Positions 9,590 through 21,874 are shown, counted from the first letter of the stretch. The stretch is 33,000 nt of DNA from Dicyema japonicum (GCA_011109175.1 RDEW01000049.1:83157-116156), one strand, 5' to 3'. Notes: a model not told the origin generated them from the sequence alone. Translations and numbers: made by a program.

Positions 9590-12050
9590 GCCGAAGCACT
9601 GATTACGTTTGACACATGTGAAGGTCATGATGGTGTCAAATGTTACTCCCAATTCTCGGCTTGTTTCTTATTTGAGATTAATTCACCATTCAAAAATAGT
9701 TCGGCCGAATAACTTGATGCCTTCTATTCGACGTAAAAGCGAGGTAAATGACTTTTCTGTGGACGTTGACATTGAATTTTTTTCAACCATTCATGGAGTC
9801 TATCCAGAGTAGTTTTTTGATAACACTCAGGAATTTTATCTGGTCCGCTTGAGTAGGTTAGTTTTGAGGATTTAATGGTATTTTCAAGCTCCACTGATGA
9901 AAACGATATATGATCATGACGACATCTTGTTTTATCAATGACAAGGGAGGACCCTCGTACTTTTTATGAGGAAAGTAGCTGTTCTGAGCGTAGAACTTCA
10001 TCATTATATCCAGTTTTTTTTGCTGAAATCAGGACTGTTTCTCTTCTCAGGGTTCTTTATCATTGAGAGAGTCTTCCACATGATTGACAGGGATCACTGT
10101 TTGTTAAGGTAATTTTTCTCCATTCGTCCATTTCCCTTTTTGAGATTTTCTTTATTTCGCTATCAAGCATTCGAATTGTGTATGTAATTTCTGATGATGG
10201 CCTTTGGATGCTTTTGAGTCGATTACTTTCATTCATAATCTTCTTCGTTTTGCGGTCAAACGTTTAATGTAGGATTGATCTTTCCCCGATAAATACCTTC
10301 ATTGCCTTCTGGATCTTTTTGTCAACATAAGAGACTGCATTATCGAGTTAGTTGAAACCTACTGCGTTGAAATCGGATAAGTTCATGTCCATATATTGAG
10401 AAAAATTTTTCCAATTTCCGTTTCTGTAATCCAGTAAAGTGTTTCGTCTTCCTTCCGAAATGAGCGTGCCCTTTATCCAAATGAAAATAAGATTGTGGTC
10501 GCTCCAAAAGTCATAAATCNNNNNNNNNNNNNNNNNNNNNNNNNNNNNNNNNNNNNNNNNNNNNNNNNNNNNNNNNNNNNNNNNNNNNNNNNNNNNNNNN
10601 NNNNNNNNNNNNNNNNNNNNNNNNNNNNNNNNNNNNNNNNNNNNNNNNNNNNNNNNNNNNNNNNNNNNNNNNNNNNNNNNNNNNNNNNNNNNNNNNNNNN
10701 NNNNNNNNNNNNNNNNNNNNNNNNNNNNNNNNNNNNNNNNNNNNNNNNNNNNNNNNNNNNNNNNNNNNNNNNNNNNNNNNNNNNNNNNNNNNNNNNNNNN
10801 NNNNNNNNNNNNNNNNNNNNNNNNNNNNNNNNNNNNNNNNNNNNNNNNNNNNNNNNNNNNNNNNNNNNNNNNNNNNNNNNNNNNNNNNNNNNNNNNNNNN
10901 NNNNNNNNNNNNNNNNNNNNNNNNNNNNNNNNNNNNNNNNNNNNNNNNNNNNNNNNNNNNNNNNNNNNNNNNNNNNNNNNNNNNNNNNNNNNNNNNNNNN
11001 NNNNNNNNNNNNNNNNNNNNNNNNNNNNNNNNNNNNNNNNNNNNNNNNNNNNNNNNNNNNNNNNNNNNNNNNNNNNNNNNNNNNNNNNNNNNNNNNNNNN
11101 NNNNNNNNNNNNNNNNNNNNNNNNNNNNNNNNNNNNNNNNNNNNNNNNNNNNNNNNNNNNNNNNNNNNNNNNNNNNNNNNNNNNNNNNNNNNNNNNNNNN
11201 NNNNNNNNNNNNNNNNNNNNNNNNNNNNNNNNNNNNNNNNNNNNNNNNNNNNNNNNNNNNNNNNNNNNNNNNNNNNNNNNNNNNNNNNNNNNNNNNNNNN
11301 NNNNNNNNNNNNTTTTTTATCATTGAGAGAGTCTTCCACATGATTGACAGGGATCCCTGTTTGTTAAGGTAATTTTTCTCCATTCGTCCATTTCCCTTTT
11401 TGAGATTTTCTTTATTTCGCTATCAAACACTCGAATTCTGTATGTAATTTCTGGTGATGGCCTTTGGATGCTTTTGAGTCGATTACTTTCATTCATAATC
11501 TTCGTTTTGCGGTCAAACGTTTAATGTAGGATTGATCTTTCCCCGATAAATACCTTCATTGCCTTCTGGATCTTTTTGTTAACATAAGAGACTGCATTAT
11601 CGAGTTAGTTGAAACGTACTGCGTTGAAATCGGATAAGTTCATGTCCATATATTGAGAAAAATTTTTCCAATTTCCGTTTCTGTAATCCAGTAAAGTGTT
11701 TCGTCCTCTTTCCGAGATGAGCGTGCTCTTCATCCAAATGAAAATAAGATTGTGGTCGCTCCAAATGTCATTAATCAATGTTTGAAGATCGAGGCTAGAC
11801 TAAAAAAATTACGAAACGATGNTAAGTTCATGTCCATATATTGAGAAAAATTTTTCCAATTTCCGTTTCTGTAATCCAGTAAAGTGTTTCGTCTTCTTTC
11901 CGAAATGAGCGTGCCCTTCATCCAAATGAAAATAAGATTGTGGTCGCTCCGAAAGTCATAAATCAATGCTTGAAGATCGAGGCTAGACTAAAAAGAATTA
12001 CGGAACGATGGATTTTTGGAGAGTCCCAGCCTTCAATGCCCCTACAATCT
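9590..12050 (-). mobile_element. Degraded APE-type LINE (endonuclease end to RT), split by a gap and assembled redundantly
   Basis: SDHNLIFIW...LDYRNGNWKNF (APE C-terminus), FSSVELENTIKSSKLTYSSGPDKIP (RT domain 0), then LDRLHEWL and LGVTFD (RT domains 6-7). 10056-10519 recurs from 11316, and 11635-11821 recurs at 11823-12009. Confidence 0.8.
10520..11312. other. Assembly gap (793 N)
   Basis: Run of N; the three poly-X ORFs in the track are artefacts of it. Confidence 1.
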
Positions 12051-12746
12051 ATGATACGCATGAACCGTATAAAATGACGTTGTGACTACAAAGATCCAGT
12101 CATTCCGCCGATAATTGCTCGTGCGGGGTTAAGGGAAGAGAATCGGACCTAGTTGAGGTCTCTGCTAGGGCGTGCTAGGATCACTTTATTAGTTAGTCTG
12201 GTGTAACAGTGGTTTTGTTATTATTATTATTTGTTTAAGTTAACCTAGGCCATACCCAACGTGAACTTTGATGCAACCCCCATTAGCTGTTGACGTGCTA
12301 TTTGTCAATAATTATCTAACTGATTGCATAATTAGCATATGTACACTATTTAATGGAATAAGCGGGTTATTAAATCATTTACGGCTCGTAATCCGGATGC
12401 TTGGACATAAGTATTCCTTGCCTGAGAGCCTACAGTATGATGGTCACTATTTGCTGTCCTACATTTTATCCACAATTTCATTTCCCTTATACAAAATGTC
12501 AAAATTCAGATTCATTGTTGATTCAGTACGTTTTGGTGAGAAGGTGGATGTCTGCTGAAAAGAAGAGGAAGGACAAACAAAAGAATGGGTCTTCCAGTAA
12601 ATTGGCACAATTTACTGAAAAGTAACTGTCAATCTTCTTTTGTGCCCACTATCTACTCGGATATCCAATAGATTTATAATGAGCTACAGAAAGAGAATGA
12701 CTGACAAAACAAATTGTCATCCTTTTTAGACTACAGCAATTTTCAC

Positions 12747-13066
12747 ATAATAATAATAAAGCCTTTTCACGAGAGCCATAGTATTTATAGCTCCGCATAG
12801 GCAGGACACACACTTTATTTAAGTAAAGAACAATTAATTTTAACTAATCGTAGAACCAAGGAATGATCTTCACTTCTTTTTTTTCTTTTTCTTGTGTGTG
12901 AGTCCTTTCTAGACTATCCAGTTCCGCAGTGAATATCCACTGATGACGGCGTCACTCGTCAAACCATTTCTGCATCGTAGATGCGTGGAACCTTCCACCA
13001 GGTGAACAGCAGCGAGATTATAACCCGTAGCATAAGCCACTTAAGCCCGACACCTAACCACTAACT
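12747..13066 (-). mobile_element. tRNA-like SINE, apparently near full length (~320 bp)
   Basis: Minus strand begins tagtggttaggtg (A-box-like) ... ggttataatc (B-box-like); body is shared with two other copies; 3' tail tttattattattat. Confidence 0.7.
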
Positions 13067-13189
13067 TTAATTTTCTATTAATATTTTAAAATTGGCCGAT
13101 ATTTTTAGTAAAATAATTTTTTGCAAAACAAATTGTTTAAATTAAAATAAATTTAATATCAGGGCTATGTGGTAGCGTATTTTTTGTTA

Positions 13190-13590
13190 CAAGCGTCTAA
13201 CTTGCACTCAGAAACAAGAAATCATTAAATATAAGTATGTGAAACAATATCTAAAAGATTCTCCGATTATAAAAATGATGTTGGAAGACAATCAAATTTT
13301 ACTCAACAGCGTCTAACTTGCACTCAGAAACAAGAAATCATTAAATATAAGTATGTGAAACAATATCTAAAAAATTCTCCGATTATAAAAATGATGTTGG
13401 AAGACAATCAAATTTTACTCAACCGGGATAATATTTTGGGACAAAACCTGCAAAACACTAAAATCTCCACCCCATGACGATAAACTGGTAGAGTGGATGG
13501 GTTCAATGGAACCAACAGGTTTGTCAAATGAATAACTGTTAAGGTGCTCTGATAGACGACTCTTATAGTACATTTACATGGTGAAATGAA
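13190..13590 (+). mobile_element. Tigger/pogo-like transposase N-terminal remnant (CENP-B-type HTH)
   Basis: KRLTCTQKQEIIKYK...ILLNRDNI...DDKLVEWM...LHGE motifs occur in the expected order, with stops, frameshifts and deletions. Confidence 0.55.
13192..13423. repeat. 116-bp direct tandem duplication
   Basis: 13192-13307 and 13308-13423 differ at one base (aaagatt vs aaaaatt). Confidence 0.95.
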
Positions 13591-15665
13591 ATTTTTGCCA
13601 TTGAAAAACTTGTTGAGGAAATTGATTGTGAAGACGACGTAATAATGATCACTTTATAAGAAGGTATAGATTATAATTGCATTAATAATTTCTAGTGATG
13701 ATTAAAACGTTTATTTCTACTAATCCGAGTGGTACATTACCTACGGACTTTCCTGTGAATGAACGGGATGGACAAAACAATAGAACGCATTGAAGTGGTC
13801 AGAGTACAAAAAGACTCCCTAATCCAAATTCTCAACCGGAGTGCCGTGCAAATATTATATTCTCCATGCGATTATCGACCAGGTGAATAAGGAGGACAAA
13901 GATGAGTGGGTGTCGGAAGTTTTCAGAGTATCTNNNNNNNNNNNNNNNNNNNNNNNNNNNNNNNNNNNNNNNNNNNNNNNNNNNNNNNNATTCAATATTA
14001 AATTTAGACATTAGCGTTAACCTGATTTACTCTGGTGATTTACTGAAACTGAAAGAAATTGTCATGAAAAACACGGATAAGGTTATGACTGCGGGGGAAC
14101 TTGTTCTTGTTTACAGTCACTCCCAATTTAACATTATCTAAGAACTAATTTTTGATTTATCGAGGATAAACTAATGTTCGATTCCCCTTATTTCTTAGTG
14201 GCGTAAAAAACAACTCGTCGACTTCGACGACTTTCCTTGCCTCTCCTCTTACATTGTAGAGACAGCCATGACGATTTGATTGACACTTTGAAGACGCATA
14301 GGGACATTTGGTAGAAAAGAGAAGTGATCTACTGACCAAGTATACTTTTTCTGTGCTCTCATTTGACGGAAACCGTGATATTTGCAGGAAATACAAAATG
14401 TTTTGTTGTATATTGAGATAACCGATGGTAATTCACTTTCTTTTACTTTCAGTTCCTTGAAAACAGTTGAAAACCTCAGAAGAGTTAAATGGTTACCTGT
14501 TGATAGAATAATAGTAGAGACAGGTCGTGATATCTATTTTCGGATTCTCCCTGCTGTTCAATGAAACGTATCTGGGAAGCAGACAAGTACATAAAAACGA
14601 GATGGCAAACACTCAAAATTAATAAATGGACAGAAGGATAACTAATTCAAGGACGGAATGGGCCTTCCTGCATAGTTCGGATTTTTATGATTTAAAGCAA
14701 AGTCACGACAATTATAGCTGCTTATAAGGGAATGGACCTCATTGGCAGAAGTGATTATGTAATATTACTTATTCATTGTTCTTTGGGGGGAAAAGATAGA
14801 CTCGATTAAAATGTGAAATTAAAATTGTTTCTGTAAAATAAAGTGGTAGTTATGTTAGATTCTTAGAAGATGCTCTTAAAATTGATCTACGTGGTTGAGT
14901 AGCATTGAAAATGACTATATGTATGAAAGATAAAGTGGGAACTGACTGTCATACTGGAGACTTACAATATTTGGTTTTTCTATCGAAATAGAGCATCTAT
15001 TTATATTAATGAAGTCTTTTAACTCAACTTAGTATCTCAGAGAAAAAATACAGTTTTTATGTTAGAAAGACAGGCAAAAGACTACGCCGCTGACTGGTCC
15101 CCTATGACATCTGTCAACCATAGATAATTGGAATTTACATGCAATGCTTAGGCGATGAGTTAAAACTAGTTCTTCGCGAACAATCCTAGTTACCTCTGGA
15201 AGACTTATAACGACAAAGTGTCCTGCAACTACAGAGGTAGTGTCAAAATAACGAATTATATGACAATTAGCCTTCCATGCAAAAGTGCTTCTATTCAGGT
15301 CATATAGTTTAGATGAGAATATAAGGATTCCCTCTACTCATTCTCACCAAAGAGTCACTGATTTATTGCTTAAAACCGATCGTCTGCTTAAAATTGAATT
15401 TAAAGATCTATTTAAGTGATCCCATGTCAATATCGACTTATATCGAGCTTCCTCCTAAGATTGGTTTAGGAATCCTGGAACTTTCATAAATGCTAAGATT
15501 TCTTCTTGTATCTCTCTATTTTTGATAAAAAGTAATATATTTATACAAACTAAAATTTAAACAAATAATTTAAATAATTAAATAAATTTATAATTATTGT
15601 TTGATGGGCCCTTCGTTTACATCTGTATTTTTTAAATATACTCAGTCAATTAAAGATTTCTTAGT

Positions 15666-17050
15666 ATGGAGGAAGAGCTGGAAGCTAAATCATTTATCTT
15701 ACATTGCAAGGATGTGACACGATCTTGGAATTTTACAAATCAATGACATAGCTAACTAATTAGACAGACGTTCACAGATTATATTCAGAAAGTGTCGACA
15801 AAATATTGAAAATCTATTCGTTCAAATGAGAGACATTTCGATTATTAACAGTGATAATAGTCTGTTTGACCGATCAAATTGAGACTCCCAAGTCGACAAA
15901 CAGGAAAGTATGACAGATTTATTTATACGCAAGACTTCAAAGGGGGTAATGAATGGAAATGAGAACTTAAAAGCTCAGATTGAAAATTTGATTAACAAAA
16001 CTTTGTGAAATCTTCGGAAATTAACAAATTAGAGACCAAAATAACCGAATTTGCTATAAAAAAGAGATTATGAGGAAAGGGCTGAAAATATTGTTAAGTA
16101 AGCTCGAGGAAAGTCATTTGGTTGAGTTGATCGAGAAAATGTATGAAAACAGCATTTTGATGGATAAGAACTAAAAATGGAGGAGAAATTGGCAGAAATG
16201 GATAATTTAACATCCCAGTTGATAACAGTAAAATGACAATTTAGAGTATGATAGAGCCGTGGATCTGCTAAAAGAGAGATTTTACAGTCAACAGACAAAA
16301 TAGCGGACTTGACTGTTTTGCGGGCAAAAGAATTTTGTTCGTTAACCATGCTAGTCGTTCAAAGGAATATGAGCTCGCCTCTAGAACGATTGGCTAACAG
16401 ACTGAAGAAATTGAGCTTCTGAAAGCAGATTTGACAACATTTTGAATATAAAACAGGAATATGAAATATTGAACCGAAAATTATTGGAAGATCAGTCACA
16501 TTTCCTTTGAATGATGACTTGAAAAAAGCATGTCAGGCGTATTGTTGGAAGATGATAAAAAATTTGTTAGTTATTGGTGAAACTGAAAGGAATAGCTTAT
16601 TAATATAGATTGACGGCCTAAAGGAGGCCAATGGAGAACGGAAGGGATGAGCACATATGAGCTTCTTGCTTTCTCAATTCTAACCAAGAACAGTTGTTAC
16701 TACAGTTTAATCAGCTGATGTCGAAAAAAAGTCTCCGAGGCCAAAATTAACTTTCATTAGATAAGAGTTCGGACAAGAGATTTGGGTGAACAGGAAAGCT
16801 GTAGGTAGAAGATCAGTAGGTTATTCTCTCATAAGGAGGAACTCGTTAACAGTATGAATGTGCTAAAGGAAAGAATTTCCAATTGGCATGCGAAATCTCT
16901 GAGAATAAGAACGTCAACCAACTAAGGAGCTTCATGAGATAAGGATAAACAAGGTGAGCATTTATTGACGCTGAACTACGAGCAGCTTTGATGTGACCAA
17001 CGGGACAAAAGTTCTCTCAAAAAACACATATTTTTTCTCGAGGTGAGAAT
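15666..17050 (+). pseudogene. Decayed coiled-coil-like protein gene (identity unknown)
   Basis: Purine-rich plus strand with E/K/L-rich heptad-like segments (NENLKAQIENLINK; EINKLETKITE; ELKMEEKLAEMDNLTSQL) broken by many stops and frameshifts. Confidence 0.4.
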
Positions 17051-17689
17051 AAATCGAATTAAAAGACTGAAAAATTCTAAAATCTTCTACCACACATTTC
17101 AGGTGGGAGTTCAACAAATCTTGGTACTAGTACCTCTCTATAACATTGACATATATGGCGGGATGATTTAAGCCAAAATGAGTCGTGCTGCCATTCAAGC
17201 CGAACTACTCTCCCTGTTGAGGATTCTGATGGGATTGTGCTCTTTAATATTATCTGTCTCTTTCACCTTATTAAGTTCAAATAGACACAAGAAATGATTG
17301 TGAATCTTCTCAGAATCCATTCCATATACCTCCACTATAATGTCACTATTAAAAACTGTTATTAGATAAATATTCGACACGTGACAACGATTTTTTAAAT
17401 TGTTTGAAAATGTTGGTTCTTGTACTGATTTTTGGAAGTAGTCAAGTGTATAATTCCCTTAGTCCCGGTTTTTTCACTTGACTAAATTTATTACAATCAT
17501 AATGGTGGTGGATTCGTGGAGTAACAACTTTTCCTGGTAATGTTGCAGTTTAATAAGCTATATTTTTTTCAAGAAAGTAAGAAATAATAAAATAATTAAT
17601 TATATTATTAATTATATCAGCATATTTAGAGTAATTTTCTCTTTTATATTTTTTTATAATTAAAAAATTTATAAAAAAAACATCACTTT

Positions 17690-18220
17690 TTGGTTGAGGT
17701 GGTGAGGTCCCTCTTGAAAAGTATGTCTGAAAAACACGAAAATTGCAACCTAAATGACTTCTCTCTTTTAACATTCAATGTCAGAGGACTCTCTAGTGCA
17801 TGGAAAAGAAAAGAACTTTGTGAAGACCTTTCAAAATACAAGATATCAATCGGATGTCTCCAAGAGACAAAAATATCGAAGGAGTTTGAAATCTTATACA
17901 AGAGAACATGAACTGAGCCAATATCATGTTAGATTATTGATTCAAGATGGATGCTCTTTGGACACATACTCCGCCACGATATGGGGACCCCTGCCAACAT
18001 AGCAATAAAGGAGTATTTTGTCTTAGAAGCTTCTCGTTTCCGCGGCCGGCCGAGGACAACACTGCCGGTTATTCTAGATGAAGATCTCAGGATACGCTAC
18101 GGAACATGGCAACGGATCGAAAAAGATGGGGGACGTTAATTAGATTGTTTACTTTTCGTGTTGCACATGCTTTGTCATGATCTTGGCATCGCGTACGTGC
18201 CTATAATAATAATAATAAAT
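17690..18220 (+). mobile_element. Internally deleted RTE-like LINE: APE N-terminus joined to the 3' end
   Basis: TFNVRGL...IGCLQETK (APE motifs) is followed within ~80 nt by LFGHILR...RFRGRPRTTLPVILDEDL (LINE C-terminus) and a (TAA)n tail at ~18203-18218. Confidence 0.8.
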
Positions 18221-18355
18221 ATCACAATTTTAAGAAACACACTAATAAATATCACCAAAAAGCGCCAAGAACTCAGAGAAAACGCGATGTCGGTCTATTA
18301 CGTTCTGCAAGTCCCTCACTGAAATTCTCCAGATATATTCATGAAGATATGCTAT

Positions 18356-18478
18356 GTTGTCCAATTTAGTCGTGTCCGACCCTTGGAGATCTCATGAACG
18401 AGTTTCGTCCACTCTCCCCGATCCGTTGCAATTTGGAGTAGCCTTGATATAGGCATTCTCGTAACGTCTTCATTCATG
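18356..18478 (-). mobile_element. RTE/BovB-like LINE 3' end
   Basis: Close match to 31550-31650 (ctctccccgatccgttgcaatttggagtagccttgatata); the minus strand has the TCGGACACGACT 3' motif typical of BovB-like RTEs. Confidence 0.8.
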
Positions 18479-18530
18479 AAGATAACTCTTGAATAATTGA
18501 TTTGATGTTCCTTTATGCAATTAGAATCAA

Positions 18531-18780
18531 ATTTATACCATATTGTTGACGACTTTTTCTTTTAGCACGCTGCCATAGCTACTCGATGGACTGAGTGTGG
18601 AAATTTGGATCGGTGGGATCAACAAAATTTTGGGAGTGATTCACCCAAGAATGGCTGTATATACCGTCATCCCATTGTGGGATTGACTGATATGCCAACC
18701 ACCCATCAGTTATTTCTCGTCCCAGTAAGTATGTGTTTTGTAATTACATCTTTCAATGTTTCCGTCGATCTACAATGTTC
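18531..18780 (-). mobile_element. Merlin (IS1595/ISXO2-like) DDE transposase C-terminal remnant
   Basis: RSTETLKDVITKHILTGT(fs)ITDGWLAY...HSWVNHSQNFVDPTDPNFHTQSIE*LWQRAKRK matches the SDxWxAY / VNHSxxFVDP / HTQxIExxW signature. Confidence 0.88.
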
Positions 18781-19102
18781 AATATTTTAAAATAAACCTA
18801 TCGTGAACCTCTGCGAGAAACAGCGCCCTGTTATATTTACGTATTTTATTAACGTAAGACGAAATCACATCAATAGCGTGCTTTCTTATTAACTTTTAAT
18901 AAAAATTAATATATACAAAAATATATACGATTTTGGAATAATTGAATAACTTTCAGCTTTAAAGTAAGTTAGGCTCCACAGTATTATTGAATATTAATTA
19001 TATTAATTTATCTAAAAATATATCAAAAAAAATATTATTAATTATGATTTAATTATATATTAATTTGAAATTATTATTATTAAAAAATAAAACTTAAATA
19101 AA

Positions 19103-19151
19103 GGTTCGGACCCCTTGGAATTTTTCGCGGATCCCAGGTTGAGACCCACCG
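19103..19151. mobile_element. hAT (Charlie-like) terminus remnant
   Basis: ggacccc...cgcggatcccaggttgagacccaccg resembles the reverse complement of CAGTGGTTCTCAACCTGGGGTCCGCG-type termini; no partner end seen. Confidence 0.45.
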
Positions 19152-19399
19152 ATCTAATAAATAAGAACCACCAGATTAACCATTAGAGAATATTCCAGTT
19201 ACCCTTAGTTTTGGAATAATTTTAATTTTTTTATTTTTTGCTGAAGATCCATATTAAAATGTGTAAAAGGTTTTGAACAAAAAGTATATTATTATTTTGT
19301 AGGAAATTGTTGATTGTCGTGTTGTTATTGTGATTTACTATCACAAAAATATCAAAAAAAGTGATTTATTGAAAATTATGAACCTCGAATGTATGGTCA

Positions 19400-20417
19400 A
19401 CGATTCTTAATCATTTTTCCATCTTCTTTTCATTCGCATTTTTTCTGCAGCTACCAAAGTATGTCTTCGTGCTGAATCCCGTGACAAAGAGGTCTACACC
19501 TTTTTATAGTATGGTAATCTATTTAAGCGTTCATCAGAAATTTCTGGCGGATAATCGACTCGATTAAATATATTGAAAGGAGCAAGTTTGATGGTCTCGT
19601 GAATGGTAATACTGTATCTGAATACAATATCTCCCAGACTGATTGATATTTTCACAGAGTTCCATCAGTAGAAAAAACGGATGATAACCACTTTTAAGAG
19701 TTTGATTTAACCTATACATTATCATATAAATGATACCTCTCTATCTGGCCTTGAACCCACGGTGCTCTCGGTCGTCCAAAAATATGTTTAATTTAGCCTG
19801 TTACATATTTCTCTTTGAAAAGAGATTCTGAACTCAAAACTATTGTCTGTTTGAAATATAATAGGTGGTCCATAGGTATAAAAAAATTTCTGGCAGGCAA
19901 AAATACTATTATCAATTGTTGTTTCAGTTTTGCTCCTCCCTCGCAAAAAATTGCTGAAATAAATTGTTGCCCTAATCTTATTATAATCGAATTACTCTAT
20001 AATAGACTATATCGTCCTCGAAAACTAGCAATGGGGCTAATCTCCAAATGCGCTGTTTACTCTTTCTTGAAAGCAACGCATCAAGATATCTGTTTTCTAG
20101 ATATTCGATTATCTGACACAACTCATCCATGTTCAACTTGAAGCTTAAAACCATGTGCAGAAACAAATAATTTTTTTTTATTTTTTAATATTAATAACGT
20201 TTTTTGTTAATTAAGAGTAATAAAATATCATTAAAATGACACTCTATCATATTGACTAATTTTTTTGCTACTTTATGTTTTTAAATATTAACGAATTTAA
20301 CTAAAAATTACACTATTCAACTCAGAATGTTCTGAATTATCCAGATAACTAATTTTTATTTTGATTAGTTCTTGTGAAGTTCCACGTATGACGGAGTTCC
20401 ACGTACGGACGGTGACA
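19400..20417 (-). mobile_element. Ginger-like DDE integrase/transposase element, decayed, with mini-introns
   Basis: YGPPIIFQTDNSFEFR...IKHIFGRPRAPWVQGQIER^LNQTLK...IHETIKLAPF is an rve core. A 25-nt GT-AG intron lies at 19712-19736 and a 24-nt candidate at 19972-19995. The putative 5' terminus TGTCA at 20417 carries a 17-bp-period subrepeat. Confidence 0.8.
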
Positions 20418-20751
20418 AATATTATTTTTGATGTTTTCTGTTAATGGTAAAATTCATATTGAAAGGGATAACGTTAATTATACGCTGGGGTTCAGGAGAG
20501 TTCCAGCTACCAATGGCTCTTTAAGCCTTGATACGAATAAACCATGGAACGCGCAGTCGTGACCACGAAGATCCTTGAGCCAACTCATCCAAGACATGAA
20601 GGAAGTTTGCATGTTACTATTTTATTATGATTTTTAGATAATTATTATCTAATGCAGATTTTAATATTTTTAATTATTAATGTCCGCTGAACCAAAAAAT
20701 TAATTTGAGATTCCATTACAGTTAATGTAGGAAATGTTATAAAACATTAAA

Positions 20752-20925
20752 ATCCCAGTTCACGCAAGCAAACAGGCCATCCAAAACCTGTGCATCACCA
20801 TTGTTCCACTGCCGAACGGAAGTGTCTTCATTGATCTTTGCCGAGGAAGCCGATTGCGTGAAACAGTGATAGGCCGAGAGGATGTCCATCTTCCTCGTAA
20901 ATACGGAAAAATCCAGAACCACATA
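20752..20925 (-). mobile_element. Probable LINE APE C-terminal remnant, same family as 1-133
   Basis: VLDFSVFTRKMDILSAYHCF...VRQWNNGDAQVLDGLFACVNWDF; nucleotide match to 1-133. Confidence 0.5.
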
Positions 20926-21244
20926 TACGAGTTGTAGATTCCATCTGCAAGGAAGGAATTTTTGTTCAACACTGTGGTCCCAGCATACGTATTGTTTTTC
21001 TTTGCAGTAAGTTTAGCTTTTGGACAGTGACCTATCATGGACACAATCCACTTTCTTCTGTGCGAGTGAGACTGCTTCTGATGTCGAACTGCTTATTGTT
21101 GCAATAATAATGTCATCATAAGAAAGCAGTAGGAAATCCTTGTCAATGTCTGCTGGCAGGTCGTGGAGAAAAAAGGTTGAATAGATTAGGGGACAAAGGA
21201 AAACCTTGGGGCACTCTGTTTTGTAATAATTCTTAATATTTGTT

Positions 21245-21819
21245 TAACGAAAGAGTGTCTTTTATTTTGGGAGAACATTTGGAAAGAATAGCCGAGCAAT
21301 GAGAACACATTTTCAATGAACATTCGAGTGACTGGAGCAGAAGACACATTTATAGACTTCAGCAAATAAAGCATCTCCGAACCGGAGAGCTAGCGGATGT
21401 GGTGGATTGTAAAACTTCTTTCTCAAAAAATTCACATCGATTCCTGATTACTTTGTGAAGAGGTCTCATAGTTAATACACGAGAAGTATACTCCAGATGA
21501 GTGGTTGTACACAGGAGTCACATATCTCATCCAGAAGAAAGACCTATACCCCAAAGAACCTAAGACCAATTACGTGTATACCCAAAGTTAAAAGTTGGTT
21601 ACGAAGTGTGTGAACAGAAAATTATCAGACTATTTTGAGGCATACTATCTGATCAGTTACAATCAAGTGGGAACACGAAGGATGTGGAAAGGGGGTAAGG
21701 AGCAGGCACTATTAAACCAATGCATCAACCAGCAGAACGGGAGTAATTTGGTCACTGCGTGGATAGACGTTAAAAAGTACTTGGATTCGGTGAATCATGA
21801 TTATGTGTACAGTGAGTGA
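21245..21819 (+). mobile_element. RLE-type non-LTR retrotransposon RT remnant (domains 0-3)
   Basis: FWENIW...DEWLYTGVTYLI...NLRPITCIP...KLVTKCV...NQVGTRR..KGGKEQALLN...AWIDVKKYLDSVNH, with frameshifts. Confidence 0.88.
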
Positions 21820-21874
21820 CAAAATGATCAACAGTCTTTTTGTTTTTCTTGCAATGGTTACATAATGTACCCAC

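Noticed and set aside
10473-11383. Three ~290-aa ORFs
   Set aside because: Poly-X artefacts of the N gap.
14157-14260. Merlin-like motif GEARKVVEVDELFF on the minus strand
   Set aside because: Single short motif without the following WVFG/DR..TL blocks; could be chance.
15950-16350. Alternative genetic code suggested by many in-frame stops in a coiled-coil-like frame
   Set aside because: All three stop types occur together with frameshifts, and the intact LRR-like genes use CAA/TGG normally and end in TAA/TGA; ordinary pseudogene decay.
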